Source: Paragordius varius (taxonomy: Eukaryota > Animalia > Nematomorpha). Taken from it: DNA of 64,000 bases. Numbering within the stretch: position 1 is the stretch's first letter; each line of letters opens with the position of its first letter. The notes beneath the pieces are model-generated. The model saw only the letters and a list, made by a program, of their open reading frames with translations. It ran no database searches and was not told where the DNA came from. The DNA is taken from assembly GCA_964247055.1 (NCBI GenBank), contig OZ176052.1, forward strand, positions 13,392,001 through 13,456,000. Reading direction: 5' to 3'. The position numbers and the translations under genes are program-made. Shown here piece after piece: positions 13,901-28,900 of the stretch.

Positions 13901-14759
13901 TTAATGTATAAAACTAGTCGCATCAATACTCAAGTTAAACTTTGTCCTTAAAAATCGAATATTGGTCACCGGTGAACAAAATTATTTTTTATACATTCTC
14001 TTAGTAAGACTACATCAAAATATAGAGATAGTTTGACAAACTCTTTCATATCCGATTTTTACAACGATACTTTAAAAATTAATGTGTTAAACTAGTCGCA
14101 TCGATACTCAAGTTAAACTTTGTCCTTAAAAATCGGATATTGGTCACCGGTGAACAAAATAATTTTTTATACATTCTCTTAGTAAGACTACATCAAAATA
14201 TAGAGATAGTTTGACAAACTCTTTCATATCCGATTTTTACAACGATACTTTAAAAATTAATGTATTAAACTAGTCGCATCAATACTCAAGTTAAACTTTG
14301 TCCTTAAAAATCGGATATTGGTCACCGGTGAACAAAATAATTTTTTATACATTCTCTTAGTAAGACTACATCAAAATATAGAGATAGTTTGACAAACTCT
14401 TTCATATCCGATTTTTACAACGATACTTTAAAAATTAATGTATTAAACTAGTCGCATCAATACTCAAGTTAAACTTTATCCTTAAAAATTGGATATTGGT
14501 CACCGGTGAAGAAAATAATTTTTATACATTCTTTTAGTAAGACTACATCAAAATATAGAGTTTGACAAACTCTTTCATATCCGATTTTTACAACGATACT
14601 TTAAAAATTAATGTATTAAACTAGTCGCATCAATACTCAAATTAAACTTTGTCCTTAAAAATCGGATATTGGTCACCGGTAAACAAAATTATTTTTTATA
14701 TATTCTCTTAGCAAGACTACATCAAAATATAGAGATAGTTTGACAAACTCTTTCATATC

Positions 14760-17700
14760 CGATTTTCACAACGATACTTTAAAAATTAATGTATAAAACT
14801 AGTCGTATCAATAAATCGCATCAATACTCAAGTTAAACTTTGTCCTTAAAAATCGGATATTGGTCACCGGTGAACAAAATTATTTTTTTATTCTCTTAGC
14901 AAGACTACATCAAAATATAGAGATAGTTTGACAAACTCTTTCATATCCGATTTTCACAACGATACTTTAAAAATTAATGCATGAAACTTGTCGCTTCAAT
15001 ACTCAAGTTAAACTTTGTCCTTAAAAATCGGATATTGGTCACCGGTGAACAAAATTATTTTTTAATTCTCTTAGTAAGACTACATCAAAATATAGAGATA
15101 GTTTGACAAACTCTTTCATATCTGATTTTTAGAACGATACTTTAAAAATTATGGTATTAAACTAGTCGCATCAATACTCAAATTAAACTTTGTCCTTAAA
15201 AATCGGATATTGGTCACCGGTGAACAAAATTATTTTTTTATTCTCTTAGCAAGACTACATCAAAATATAGTGATTGTTTGACAAACTCTTTCATATCCGA
15301 TTTTCACAACGATACTTTAAAAATTAATGACTGAAACTTGTCGCTTCAATACTCAAGTTAAACTTTGTCCTTAAAAATAGGATATTGGTCACCGGTGAAC
15401 AAAATTATTTTTTATACATTCTCTTAGTAAGACTACATCAAAATATAGAGATAGTTTGACAAACTCTTTCATATCCGATTTTTACAACGATACTTTAAAA
15501 ATTAATGTGTTAAACTAGTGGCATCAATACTCAAGTTAAACTTTGTCCTTAAAAATCGGATATTTTATCACCGGTGAACAAAATTATTTTTTATACATTC
15601 TCTTAGTAAGACATCAAAATATAGAGATAGTTTGACAAATTCTTTCATATCCGATTTTTACAACGATACTTTAAAAATTAATGTATTAAACTAGTCGCAT
15701 CAATACTCAAGTTAAACTTTGTCCTTAAAAATCGGATATTGGTCACCTATGAACAAAATAATTTTTTATACATTCTCTTAGTAAGACTACATCAAAATAT
15801 AGAGATAGTTTGACAAACTCTTTCATATCCGATTTTTACAACGATACTTTAAAATTAATGTATTAAACTAGTCGCATCAATACTCAAGTTAAACTTTGTC
15901 CTTAAAAATCGGATATTGGTCACCGGTGAACAAAATTATTTTTTATACATTCTCTTAGCAAGACTACATCAAAATATAGAGATAGTTTGACAAACTCTTT
16001 CATATCCGATTTTTACAACGATACTTTATAAATTAATGTATAAAACTAGTCGTATCAATAAGTCGCATCAATACTCAAGTTAAACTTTGTCCTTAAAAAT
16101 CGGATATTGGTCACCGGTGAACAAAATAATTTTTTATACATTCTCTTAGTAAGACTACATCAAAATATAGAGATAGTTTGACAAACTCTTTCATAACCGA
16201 TTTTTACAACGATACTTTAAAAATTATGGTATTAAACCAGTCGCATCGATACTCAAGTTAAACTTTGTCCTTAAAAATCGGATATTGGTCACCGGTGAAC
16301 AAAATTATTTTTTATACATTCTCTTAGTAAGACTACATCAAAATATAGAGATAGTTTGACAAACTCTTTCATACCCGATTTTTACAACGATACTTTAAAA
16401 AGTAATGTATAAAACTAGTCGCATCAATACTCAAGTTAAACTTTATCCTTAAAAATTGGATATTGGTCACCGGTGAACAAAATAATTTTTTATACATTCT
16501 CTTAGTAAGACTACATCAAAATATAGAGATAGTTTGACAAACTCTTTCATATCCGTTTTTACAACGATACTTTAAAAATTATGGTATTAAACTAGTCGCA
16601 TCAATACTCAAATTAAACTTTGTTCTTAAAAATCGGATATTGGTCACCGGTGAACAAAATTATTTTTTATAGATTCTCAGACTACATCAAAATATAGAGA
16701 TAGTTTGACAAACTCTTTCATATCCGATTTTCACAACGATACTTTAAAAATTAATGTATAAAACTAGTCGTATCAATAAATCGCATCAATACTCAAGTTA
16801 AACTTTGTCCTTAAAAATCGGATATTGGTCACCGGTGAACAAAATTATTTTTTTATTCTCTTAGCAAGACTACATCAAAATATAGAGATAGTTTGACAAA
16901 CTCTTTCATATCCGATTTTCACAACGATACTTTAAAAATTAATGCATGAAACTTGTCGCTTCAATACTCAAGTTAAACTTTGTCCTTAAAAATCGGATAT
17001 TGGTCACCGGTGAACAAAATTATTTTTTAATTCTCTTAGTAAGACTACATCAAAATATAGAGATAGTTTGACAAACTCTTTCATATCTGATTTTTAGAAC
17101 GATACTTTAAAAATTATGGTATTAAACTAGTCGCATCAATACTCAAATTAAACTTTGTCCTTAAAAATCGGATATTGGTCACCGGTGAACAAAATTATTT
17201 TTTTATTCTCTTAGCAAGACTACATCAAAATATAGTGATTGTTTGACAAACTCTTTCATATCCGATTTTCACAACGATACTTTAAAAATTAATGACTGAA
17301 ACTTGTCGCTTCAATACTCAAGTTAAACTTTGTCCTTAAAAATAGGATATTGGTCACCGGTGAACAAAATTATTTTTTATACATTCTCTTAGTAAGACTA
17401 CATCAAAATATAGAGATAGTTTGACAAACTCTTTCATATCCGATTTTTACAACGATACTTTAAAAATTAATGTGTTAAACTAGTGGCATCAATACTCAAG
17501 TTAAACTTTGTCCTTAAAAATCGGATATTTTATCACCGGTGAACAAAATTATTTTTTATACATTCTCTTAGTAAGACATCAAAATATAGAGATAGTTTGA
17601 CAAATTCTTTCATATCCGATTTTTACAACGATACTTTAAAAATTAATGTATTAAACTAGTCGCATCAATACTCAAGTTAAACTTTGTCCTTAAAAATCGG

Positions 17701-18690
17701 ATATTGGTCACCTATGAACAAAATAATTTTTTATACATTCTCTTAGTAAGACTACATCAAAATATAGAGATAGTTTGACAAACTCTTTCATATCCGATTT
17801 TTACAACGATACTTTAAAATTAATGTATTAAACTAGTCGCATCAATACTCAAGTTAAACTTTGTCCTTAAAAATCGGATATTGGTCACCGGTGAACAAAA
17901 TTATTTTTTATACATTCTCTTAGCAAGACTACATCAAAATATAGAGATAGTTTGACAAACTCTTTCATATCCGATTTTTACAACGATACTTTATAAATTA
18001 ATGTATAAAACTAGTCGTATCAATAAGTCGCATCAATACTCAAGTTAAACTTTGTCCTTAAAAATCGGATATTGGTCACCGGTGAACAAAATAATTTTTT
18101 ATACATTCTCTTAGTAAGACTACATCAAAATATAGAGATAGTTTGACAAACTCTTTCATAACCGATTTTTACAACGATACTTTAAAAATTATGGTATTAA
18201 ACCAGTCGCATCGATACTCAAGTTAAACTTTGTCCTTAAAAATCGGATATTGGTCACCGGTGAACAAAATTATTTTTTATACATTCTCTTAGTAAGACTA
18301 CATCAAAATATAGAGATAGTTTGACAAACTCTTTCATACCCGATTTTTACAACGATACTTTAAAAATTAATGTATAAAACTAGTCGCATCAATACTCAAG
18401 TTAAACTTTATCCTTAAAAATTGGATATTGGTCACCGGTGAACAAAATAATTTTTTATACATTCTCTTAGTAAGACTACATCAAAATATAGAGATAGTTT
18501 GACAAACTCTTTCATATCCGTTTTTACAACGATACTTTAAAAATTATGGTATTAAACTAGTCGCATCAATACTCAAATTAAACTTTGTTCTTAAAAATCG
18601 GATATTGGTCACCGGTGAACAAAATTATTTTTTATAGATTCTCAGACTACATCAAAATATAGAGATAGTTTGACAAACTCTTTCATATCC
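14760..18690 (+). repeat. Tandem duplication of an 11-monomer, 1,965-bp unit (2 copies)
   Basis: Private markers recur at exactly 1,965 bp: TAGTGATTG 15,271/17,236, TATAGATTCTCAG 16,671/18,636, TTTTATTCTC 14,891/16,856. The monomer lengths sum to 1,965. Confidence 0.93.
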
Positions 18691-21600
18691 GATTTTTACA
18701 ACGATACTTTAAAAATTAATGTGTTAAACTAGTGGCATCAATACTCAAGTTAAACTTTGTCCTTAAAAATCGGATATTTTATCACCGGTGAACAAAATTA
18801 TTTTTTATACATTCTCTTAGTAAGACATCAAAATATAGAGATAGTTTGACAAACTCTTTCATATCCGATTTTTACAACGATACTTTAAAAATTAATGTAT
18901 TAAACTAGTCGCATCAATACTCAAGTTAAACTTTGTCCTTAAAAATCGGATATTGGTCACCGGTGAACAAAATTATTTTTTATACATTCTCTTAGTAAGA
19001 CATCAAAATATAGAGATAGTTTGACAAACTCTTTCATATCCGATTTTTACAACGATACTTTAAAAATTAATGTATTAAACTAGTCGCATCAATACTCAAG
19101 TTAAACTTTGTCCTTAACAATCGGATATTGGTCACCGGTGAACAAAATTATTTTTTATACATTCTCTTAGTAAGACTACATCAAAATATAGAGTTTGACA
19201 AACTCTTTCATATCCGATTTTTACAACGATACTTTAAAAATTAATGTATTAAACTAGTCGCATCAATACTCAAATTAAACTTTGTCCTTAAAAATCGGAT
19301 ATTGGTCACCGGTGAACAAAATTATTTTTTATATATTCTCTTAGCAAGACTACATCAAAATATAGAGATAGTTTGACAAACTCTTTCATATCCGATTTTT
19401 ACAACGATACTTTAAAAATTAATGTATTAAACTAGTCGCATCAATACTCAAATTAAACTTTGTCCTTAAAAATCGGATATTGGTCACCGGTAAACAAAAT
19501 TATTTTTTATACATTCTCTTAGTAGGACTACATCAAAATATAGAGATAGTTTGGCAAACTCTTTCATATCCGATTTTTACAACGATACTTTAAAAATTAA
19601 TGTATAAAACTAGTCGCATCAATACTCAAGTTAAACTTTGTCCTTAAAAATCAAATATTGGTCACCGGTGAACAAAATTATTTTTTATACATTCTCTTAG
19701 TAAGACTACATCAAAATATAGAGATAGTTTGACAAACTCTTTCATATCCGATTTTTACAACGATACTTTAAAAATTAATGTGTTAAACTAGTCGCATCGA
19801 TACTCAAGTTAAACTTTGTCCTTAAAAATCGGATATTGGTCACCGGTGAACAAAATAATTTTTTATACATTCTCTTAGTAAGACTACATCAAAATATAGA
19901 GATAGTTTGACAAACTCTTTCATATCCGATTTTTACAACGATACTTTAAAAATTAATGTATTAAACTAGTCGCATCAATACTCAAGTTAAACTTTGTCCT
20001 TAAAAATCGGATATTGGTCACCGGTGAACAAAATAATTTTTTATACATTCTCTTAGTAAGACTACATCAAAATATAGAGATAGTTTGACAAACTCTTTCA
20101 TATCCGATTTTTACAACGATACTTTAAAAATTAATGTATTAAACTAGTCGCATCAATACTCAAGTTAAACTTTATCCTTAAAAATTGGATATTGGTCACC
20201 GGTGAAGAAAATAATTTTTATACATTCTTTTAGTAAGACTACATCAAAATATAGAGATAGTTTGACAAACTCTTTCATATCCGATTTTTACAACGATACT
20301 TTAAAAATTATGGTATTAAACTAGTCGCATCAATACTCAAATTAAACTTTGTCCTTAAAAATCGGATATTGGTCACCGGTAAACAAAATTATTTTTTATA
20401 TATTCTCTTAGCAAGACTACATCAAAATATAGAGATAGTTTGACAAACTCTTTCATATCCGATTTTCACAACGATACTTTAAAAATTAATGTATAAAACT
20501 AGTCGTATCAATAAATCGCATCAATACTCAAGTTAAACTTTGTCCTTAAAAATCGGATATTGGTCACCGGTGTACAAAATAATTTTTTATACATTCTCTT
20601 AGTAAGACTACATCAAAATATAGAGATAGTTTGACAAACTCTTTCATATCCGATTTTTACAACGATACTTTAAAAATTATGGTATTAAACCAGTCGCATC
20701 AATACTCAAATTAAACTTTGTCCTTAAAAATCGGATATTGGTCACCGGTGAACAAAATTATTTTTTTATTCTCTTAGCAAGACTACATCAAAATATAGAG
20801 ATAGTTTGACAAACTCTTTCATACCCAATTTTCACAACGATACTTTAAAAATTAATGCATGAAACTTGTCGCTTCAATACTCAAGTTAAACTTTGTCCTT
20901 AAAAATCGGATATTGGTCACCGGTGAACAAAATTATTTTTTAATTCTCTTAGTAAGACTACATCAAAATATAGAGATAGTTTGACAAACTCTTTCATATC
21001 TGATTTTTACAACGATACTTTAAAAATTATGGTATTAAACTAGTCGCATCAATACTCAAATTAAACTTTGTCCTTAAAAATCGGATATTGGTCACCGGTG
21101 AACAAAATTATTTTTTTATTCTCTTAGCAAGACTACATCAAAATATAGTGATTGTTTGACAAACTCTTTCATATCCGATTTTCACAACGATACTTTAAAA
21201 ATTAATGACTGAAACTTGTCGCTTCAATACTCAAGTTAAACTTTGTCCTTAAAAATCGGATATTGGTCACCGGTGAACAAAATTATTTTTTATACATTCT
21301 CTTAGTAAGACTACATCAAAATATAGAGATAGTTTGACAAACTCTTTCATATCCGATTTTTACAACGATACTTTAAAAATTAATGTGTTAAACTAGTGGC
21401 ATCAATACTCAAGTTAAACTTTGTCCTTAAAAATCGGATATTTTATCACCGGTGAACAAAATTATTTTTTATACATTCTCTTAGTAAGACATCAAAATAT
21501 AGAGATAGTTTGACAAACTCTTTCATATCCGATTTTTACAACGATACTTTAAAAATTAATGTATTAAACTAGTCGCATCAATACTCAAGTTAAACTTTGT

Positions 21601-22959
21601 CCTTAAAAATCGGATATTGGTCACCTATGAACAAAATAATTTTTTATACATTCTCTTAGTAAGACTACATCAAAATATAGAGATAGTTTGACAAACTCTT
21701 TCATATCCGATTTTTACAACGATACTTTAAAAATTAATGTGTTAAACTAGTGGCATCAATACTCAAGTTAAACTTTGTCCTTAAAAATCGGATATTTTAT
21801 CACCGGTGAACAAAATTATTTTTTATACATTCTCTTAGTAAGACATCAAAATATAGAGATAGTTTGACAAACTCTTTCATATCCGATTTTTACAACGATA
21901 CTTTAAAAATTAATGTATTAAACTAGTCGCATCAATACTCAAGTTAAACTTTGTCCTTAAAAATCGGATATTGGTCACCTATGAACAAAATAATTTTTTA
22001 TACATTCTCTTAGTAAGACTACATCAAAATATAGAGATAGTTTGACAAACTCTTTTATATCCGATTTTTCCACGATACTTTAAAATTAATGTATTAAACT
22101 AGTCGCATCAATACTCAAGTTAAACTTTGTCCTTAAAAATCGGATATTGGTCACCGGTGAACAAAATTATTTTTTATACATTCTCTTAGCAAGACTACAT
22201 CAAAATATAGAGATAGTTTGACAAACTCTTTCATATCCGATTTTTACAACGATACTTTATAAATTAATGTATAAAACTAGTCGTATCAATAAGTCGCATC
22301 AATACTCAAGTTAAACTTTGTCCTTAAAAATCGGATATTGGTCACCGGTGAACAAAATAATTTTTTATACATTCTCTTAGTAAGACTACATCAAAATATA
22401 GAGATAGTTTGACAAACTCTTTCATATCCGATTTTTACAACGATACTTTAAAAATTATGGTATTAAACTAGTCGCATCAATACTCAAATTAAACTTTGTC
22501 CTTAAAAATCGGATATTGGTCACCGGTGAACAAAATTATTTTTTATATATTCTCTTAGCAAGACTACATCAAAATATAGAGATAGTTTGACAAACTCTTT
22601 CATATCCGATTTTTACAACGATACTTTAAAAATTAATGTATTAAAATAGTCGCATCAATACTCAAGTTAAACTTTGTCCTTAAAAATCGGATATTGGTCA
22701 CCGGTATAAGACATCAAAATATAGAGATAGTTTGACAAACTCTTTCATATCCGATTTTTACAACGATACTTTAAAAATTAATGTATTAAACTAGTCGCAT
22801 CAATACTCAAGTTAAACTTTGTCCTTAAAAATCGGATATTGGTCACCGGTGAACAAAATTATTTTTTATACATTCTCTTAGCAAGACTACATCAAAATAT
22901 AGAGATAGTTTGACAAACTCTTTCATATCCGATTTTTACAACGATACTTTATAAATTAA

Positions 22960-25900
22960 TGTATAAAACTAGTCGTATCAATAAGTCGCATCAATACTCA
23001 AGTTAAACTTTGTCCTTAAAAATCGGATATTGGTCACCGGTGAACAAAATAATTTTTTATACATTCTCTTAGTAAGACTACATTTAAATATAGAGATAGT
23101 TTGACAAACTCTTTCATAACCGATTTTTACAACGATACTTTAAAAATTATGGTATTAAACCAGTCGCATCAATACTCAAGTTAAACTTTGTCCTTAAAAA
23201 TCGGATATTGGTCACCTATAAACAAAATAATTTTTTATACATTCTCTTAGTAAGACTACATCAAAATATAGAGATAGTTTGACAAACTCTTTCATATCCG
23301 ATTTTTACAACGATACTTTAAAATTAATGTATTAAACTAGTCGCATCAATACTCAAGTTAAACTTTGTACTTAAAAATCGGATATTGGTCACCGGTGAAC
23401 AAAATTATTTTTTATACATTCTCTTAGCAAGACTACATCAAAATATAGAGATAGTTTGACAAACTCTTTCATAACCGATTTTTACAACGATACTTTAAAA
23501 ATTATGGTATTAAACCAGTCGCATCGATACTCAAGTTAAACTTTGTCCTTAAAAATCGGATATTGGTCACCGGTGAACAAAATTATTTTTTATACATTCT
23601 CTTAGTAAGACTACATCAAAATATAGAGATAGTTTGACAAACTCTTTCATATCCGATTTTTACAACGATACTTTATAAATTAATGTATAAAACTAGTCGT
23701 ATCAATAAGTCGCATCAATACTCAAGTTAAACTTTGTCCTTAAGAATCGGATATTGGTCACCGGTGAACAAAATAATTTTTTATACATTCTCTTAGTAAG
23801 ACTACATCAAAATATAGAGATAGTTTGACAAACTCTTTCATAACCGATTTTTACAACGATACTTTAAAAATTATGGTATTAAACCAGTCGCATCGATACT
23901 CAAGTTAAACTTTGTCCTTAAAAATCGGATATTGGTCACCGGTGAACAAAATAATTTTTTATACATTCTCTTAGTAAGACTACATCAAAATATAGAGATA
24001 GTTTGACAAACTCTTTCATAACCGATTTTTACAACGATACTTTAAAAATTATGGTATTAAACCAGTCGCATCGATACTCAAGTTAAACTTTGTCCTTAAA
24101 AATCGGATATTGGTCACCGGTGAACAAAATTATTTTTTATACATTCTCTTAGTAAGACTACATCAAAATATAGAGATAGTTTGACAAACTTTTTCATATC
24201 CGTTTTTACAACGATACTTTAAAAATTATGGTATTAAACTAGTCGCATCAATACTCAAGTTAAACTTTATCCTTAAAAATTGGATATTGGTCACCGATGA
24301 ACAAAATTATTTTTTATACATTCTCTTAGTAAGACTACATCAAAATATAGAAATAGTTTGACAAACTCTTTCATATCCGATTTTTACAACGATACTTTAA
24401 AAATTAATGTATTAAACTAGTCGCATCAATACTCAAATTAAACTTTGTCCTTAAAAATCGGATATTGGTCACCGGTGAACAAAATTATTTTTTATATATT
24501 CTCTTAGCAAGACTACATTAAAATATAGAGATAGTTTGACAAACTCTTTCATATCCGATTTTTACAACGATACTTTATAAATTAATGTATAAAACTAGTC
24601 GTATCAATAAGTCGCATCAATACTCAAGTTAAACTTTGTCCTTAAGAATCGGATATTGGTCACCGGTGAACAAAATAATTTTTTATACATTCTCTTAGTA
24701 AGACTACATCAAAATATAGAGATAGTTTGACAAACTCTTTCACAACCGATTTTTACAACGATACTTTAAAAATTATGGTATTAAACCAGTCGCATCGATA
24801 CTCAAGTTAAACTTTGTCCTTAAAAATCGGATATTGGTCACCGGTGAACAAAATAATTTTTTATACATTCTCTTAGTAAGACTACATCAAAATATAGAGA
24901 TAGTTTGACAAACTCTTTCATAACCGATTTTTACAACGATACTTTAAAAATTATGGTATTAAACCAGTCGCATCGATACTCAAGTTAAACTTTGTCCTTA
25001 AAAATCGGATATTGGTCACCGGTGAACAAAATTATTTTTTATACATTCTCTTAGTAGGACTACATCAAAATATAGAGATAGTTTGGCAAACTCTTTCATA
25101 TCCGATTTTTACAACGATACTTTAAAAATTAATGTATAAAACTAGTCGCATCAATACTCAAGTTTAACTTTGTCCTTAAAAATCGAATATTGGTCACCGG
25201 TGAACAAAATAATTTTTTATACATTCTCTTAGTAAGACTACATCAAAATATAGAGATAGTTTGACAAACTCTTTCATATCCGATTTTTACAACGATACTT
25301 TAAAAATTAATGTATTAAACTAGTCGCATCAATACTCAAGTTAAACTTTGTCCTTAAAAATCGGATATTGGTCACCGGTGAACAAAATAATTTTTTATAC
25401 ATTCTCTTAGTAAGACTACATCAAAATATAGAGATAGTTTGACAAACTCTTTCATATCCGATTTTTACAACGATACTTTAAAAATTAATGTATTAAACTA
25501 GTGGCATCAATACTCAAGTTAAACTTTATCCTTAAAAATTGGATATTGGTCACCGGTGAAGAAAATAATTTTTATACATTCTTTTAGTAAGACTACATCA
25601 AAATATAGAGATAGTTTGACAAACTCTTTCATATCCGATTTTTACAACGATACTTTAAAAATTATGGTATTAAACTAGTCGCATCAATACTCAAATTAAA
25701 CTTTGTCCTTAAAAATCGGATATTGGTCACCGGTAAACAAAATTATTTTTTATATATTCTCTTAGCAAGACTACATCAAAATATAGAGATAGTTTGACAA
25801 ACTCTTTCATATCCGATTTTCACAACGATACTTTAAAAATTAATGTATAAAACTAGTCGTATCAATAAATCGCATCAATACTCAAGTTAAACTTTGTCCT

Positions 25901-28900
25901 TAAAAATCGGATATTGGTCACCGGTGAACAAAATAATTATTTATACATTCTCTTAGTAAGACTACATCAAAATATAGAGATAGTTTGACAAACTCTTTCA
26001 TATCCGATTTTTACAACGATACTTTAAAAATTATGGTATTAAACCAGTCGCATCAATACTCAAATTAAACTTTGTCCTTAAAAATCGGATATTGGTCACC
26101 GGTGAACAAAATTATTTTTTTATTCTCTTAGCAAGACTACATCAAAATATAGAGATAGTTTGACAAACTCTTTCATATCCGATTTTCACAACGATACTTT
26201 AAAAATTAATGCATGAAACTTGTCGCTTCAATACTCAAGTTAAACTTTGTCCTTAAAAATCGGATATTGGTCACCGGTGAACAAAATTATTTTTTAATTC
26301 TCTTAGAAAGACTACATCAAAATATAGAGATAGTTTGACAAACTCTTTCATATCTGATTTTTACAACGATACTTTAAAAATTATGGTATTAAACTAGTCG
26401 CATCAATACTCAAATTAAACTTTGTCCTTAAAAATCGGATATTGGTCACCGGTGAATAAAATTATTTTTTTATTCTCTTAGCAAGACTACATCAAAATAT
26501 AGAGATTGTTTGACAAACTCTTTCATATCCGATTTTCACAACGATACTTTAAAAATTAATGCATGAAACTTGTCGCTTCAATACTCAAGTTAAACTTTGT
26601 CCTTAAAAATCGGATATTGGTCACCGGTGAACAAAATTATTTTTTATACATTCTCTTAGTAAGACTACATCAAAATATAGAGATAGTTTGACAAACTCTT
26701 TCATATCCGATTTTTACAACGATACTTTAAAAATTAATGTGTTAAACTAGTGGCATCAATACTCAAGTTAAACTTTGTCCTTAAAAATCGGATATTTTAT
26801 CACCGGTGAACAAAATTATTTTTTATACATTCTCTTAGTAAGACATCAAAATATAGAGATAGTTTGACAAACTCTTTCATATCCGATTTTTACAACGATA
26901 CTTTAAAAATAAATGTATTAAACTAGTCGCATCAATACTCAAGTTAAACTTTGTCCTTAAAAATCGGATATTGGTCACCTATGAACAAAATAATTTTTTA
27001 TACATTCTCTTAGTAAGACTACATCAAAATATAGAGATAGTTTGACAAACTCTTTCATATCCGATTTTTACAACGATACTTTAAAATTAATGTATTAAAC
27101 TAGTCGCATCAATACTCAAGTTAAACTTTGTCCTTAAAAATCGAATATTGGTCACCGGTGAACAAAATTATTTTTTATACATTCTCTTAGTAAGACTACA
27201 TCAAAATATAGAGATAGTTTGACAAACTCTTTCATATCCGTTTTTACAACGATACTTTAAAAATTATGGTATTAAACTAGTCGCATCAATACTCAAATTA
27301 AACTTTGTTCTTAAAAATCGGATATTGGTCACCGGTGAACAAAATTATTTTTTATAGATTCTCAGACTACATCAAAATATAGAGATAGTTTGACAAACTC
27401 TTTCATATCCGATTTTTACAACGATACTTTAAAAATTTATGTATAAAACTAGTCGTATCAATAAGTCGCATCAATACTCAAGTTAAACTTTGTCCTTAAA
27501 AATCGGATATTGGTCACCGGTGAACAAAATAATTTTTTATACATTCTCTTAGTAAGACTACATTTAAATATAGAGATAGTTTGACAAACTCTTTCATAAC
27601 CGATTTTTACAACGATACTTTAAAAATTATGGTATTAAACCAGTCGCATCAATACTCAAGTTAAACTTTGTCCTTAAAAATCGGATATTGGTCACCTATA
27701 AACAAAATAATTTTTTATACATTCTCTTAGTAAGACTACATCAAAATATAGAGATAGTTTGACAAACTCTTTCATATCCGATTTTTACAACGATACTTTA
27801 AAATTAATGTATTAAACTAGTCGCATCAATACTCAAGTTAAACTTTGTACTTAAAAATCGGATATTGGTCACCGGTGAACAAAATTATTTTTTATACATT
27901 CTCTTAGCAAGACTACATCAAAATATAGAGATAGTTTGACAAACTCTTTCATAACCGATTTTTACAACGATACTTTAAAAATTATGGTATTAAACCAGTC
28001 GCATCGATACTCAAGTTAAACTTTGTCCTTAAAAATCGGATATTGGTCACCGGTGAACAAAATTATTTTTTATACATTCTCTTAGTAAGACTACATCAAA
28101 ATATAGAGATAGTTTGACAAACTCTTTCATATCCGATTTTTACAACGATACTTTATAAATTAATGTATAAAACTAGTCGTATCAATAAGTCGCATCAATA
28201 CTCAAGTTAAACTTTGTCCTTAAGAATCGGATATTGGTCACCGGTGAACAAAATAATTTTTTATACATTCTCTTAGTAAGACTACATCAAAATATAGAGA
28301 TAGTTTGACAAACTCTTTCATAACCGATTTTTACAACGATACTTTAAAAATTATGGTATTAAACCAGTCGCATCGATACTCAAGTTAAACTTTGTCCTTA
28401 AAAATCGGATATTGGTCACCGGTGAACAAAATAATTTTTTATACATTCTCTTAGTAAGACTACATCAAAATATAGAGATAGTTTGACAAACTCTTTCATA
28501 ACCGATTTTTACAACGATACTTTAAAAATTATGGTATTAAACCAGTCGCATCGATACTCAAGTTAAACTTTGTCCTTAAAAATCGGATATTGGTCACCGG
28601 TGAACAAAATTATTTTTTATACATTCTCTTAGTAAGACTACATCAAAATATAGAGATAGTTTGACAAACTTTTTCATATCCGTTTTTACAACGATACTTT
28701 AAAAATTATGGTATTAAACTAGTCGCATCAATACTCAAGTTAAACTTTATCCTTAAAAATTGGATATTGGTCACCGATGAACAAAATTATTTTTTATACA
28801 TTCTCTTAGTAAGACTACATCAAAATATAGAAATAGTTTGACAAACTCTTTCATATCCGATTTTTACAACGATACTTTAAAAATTAATGTATTAAACTAG

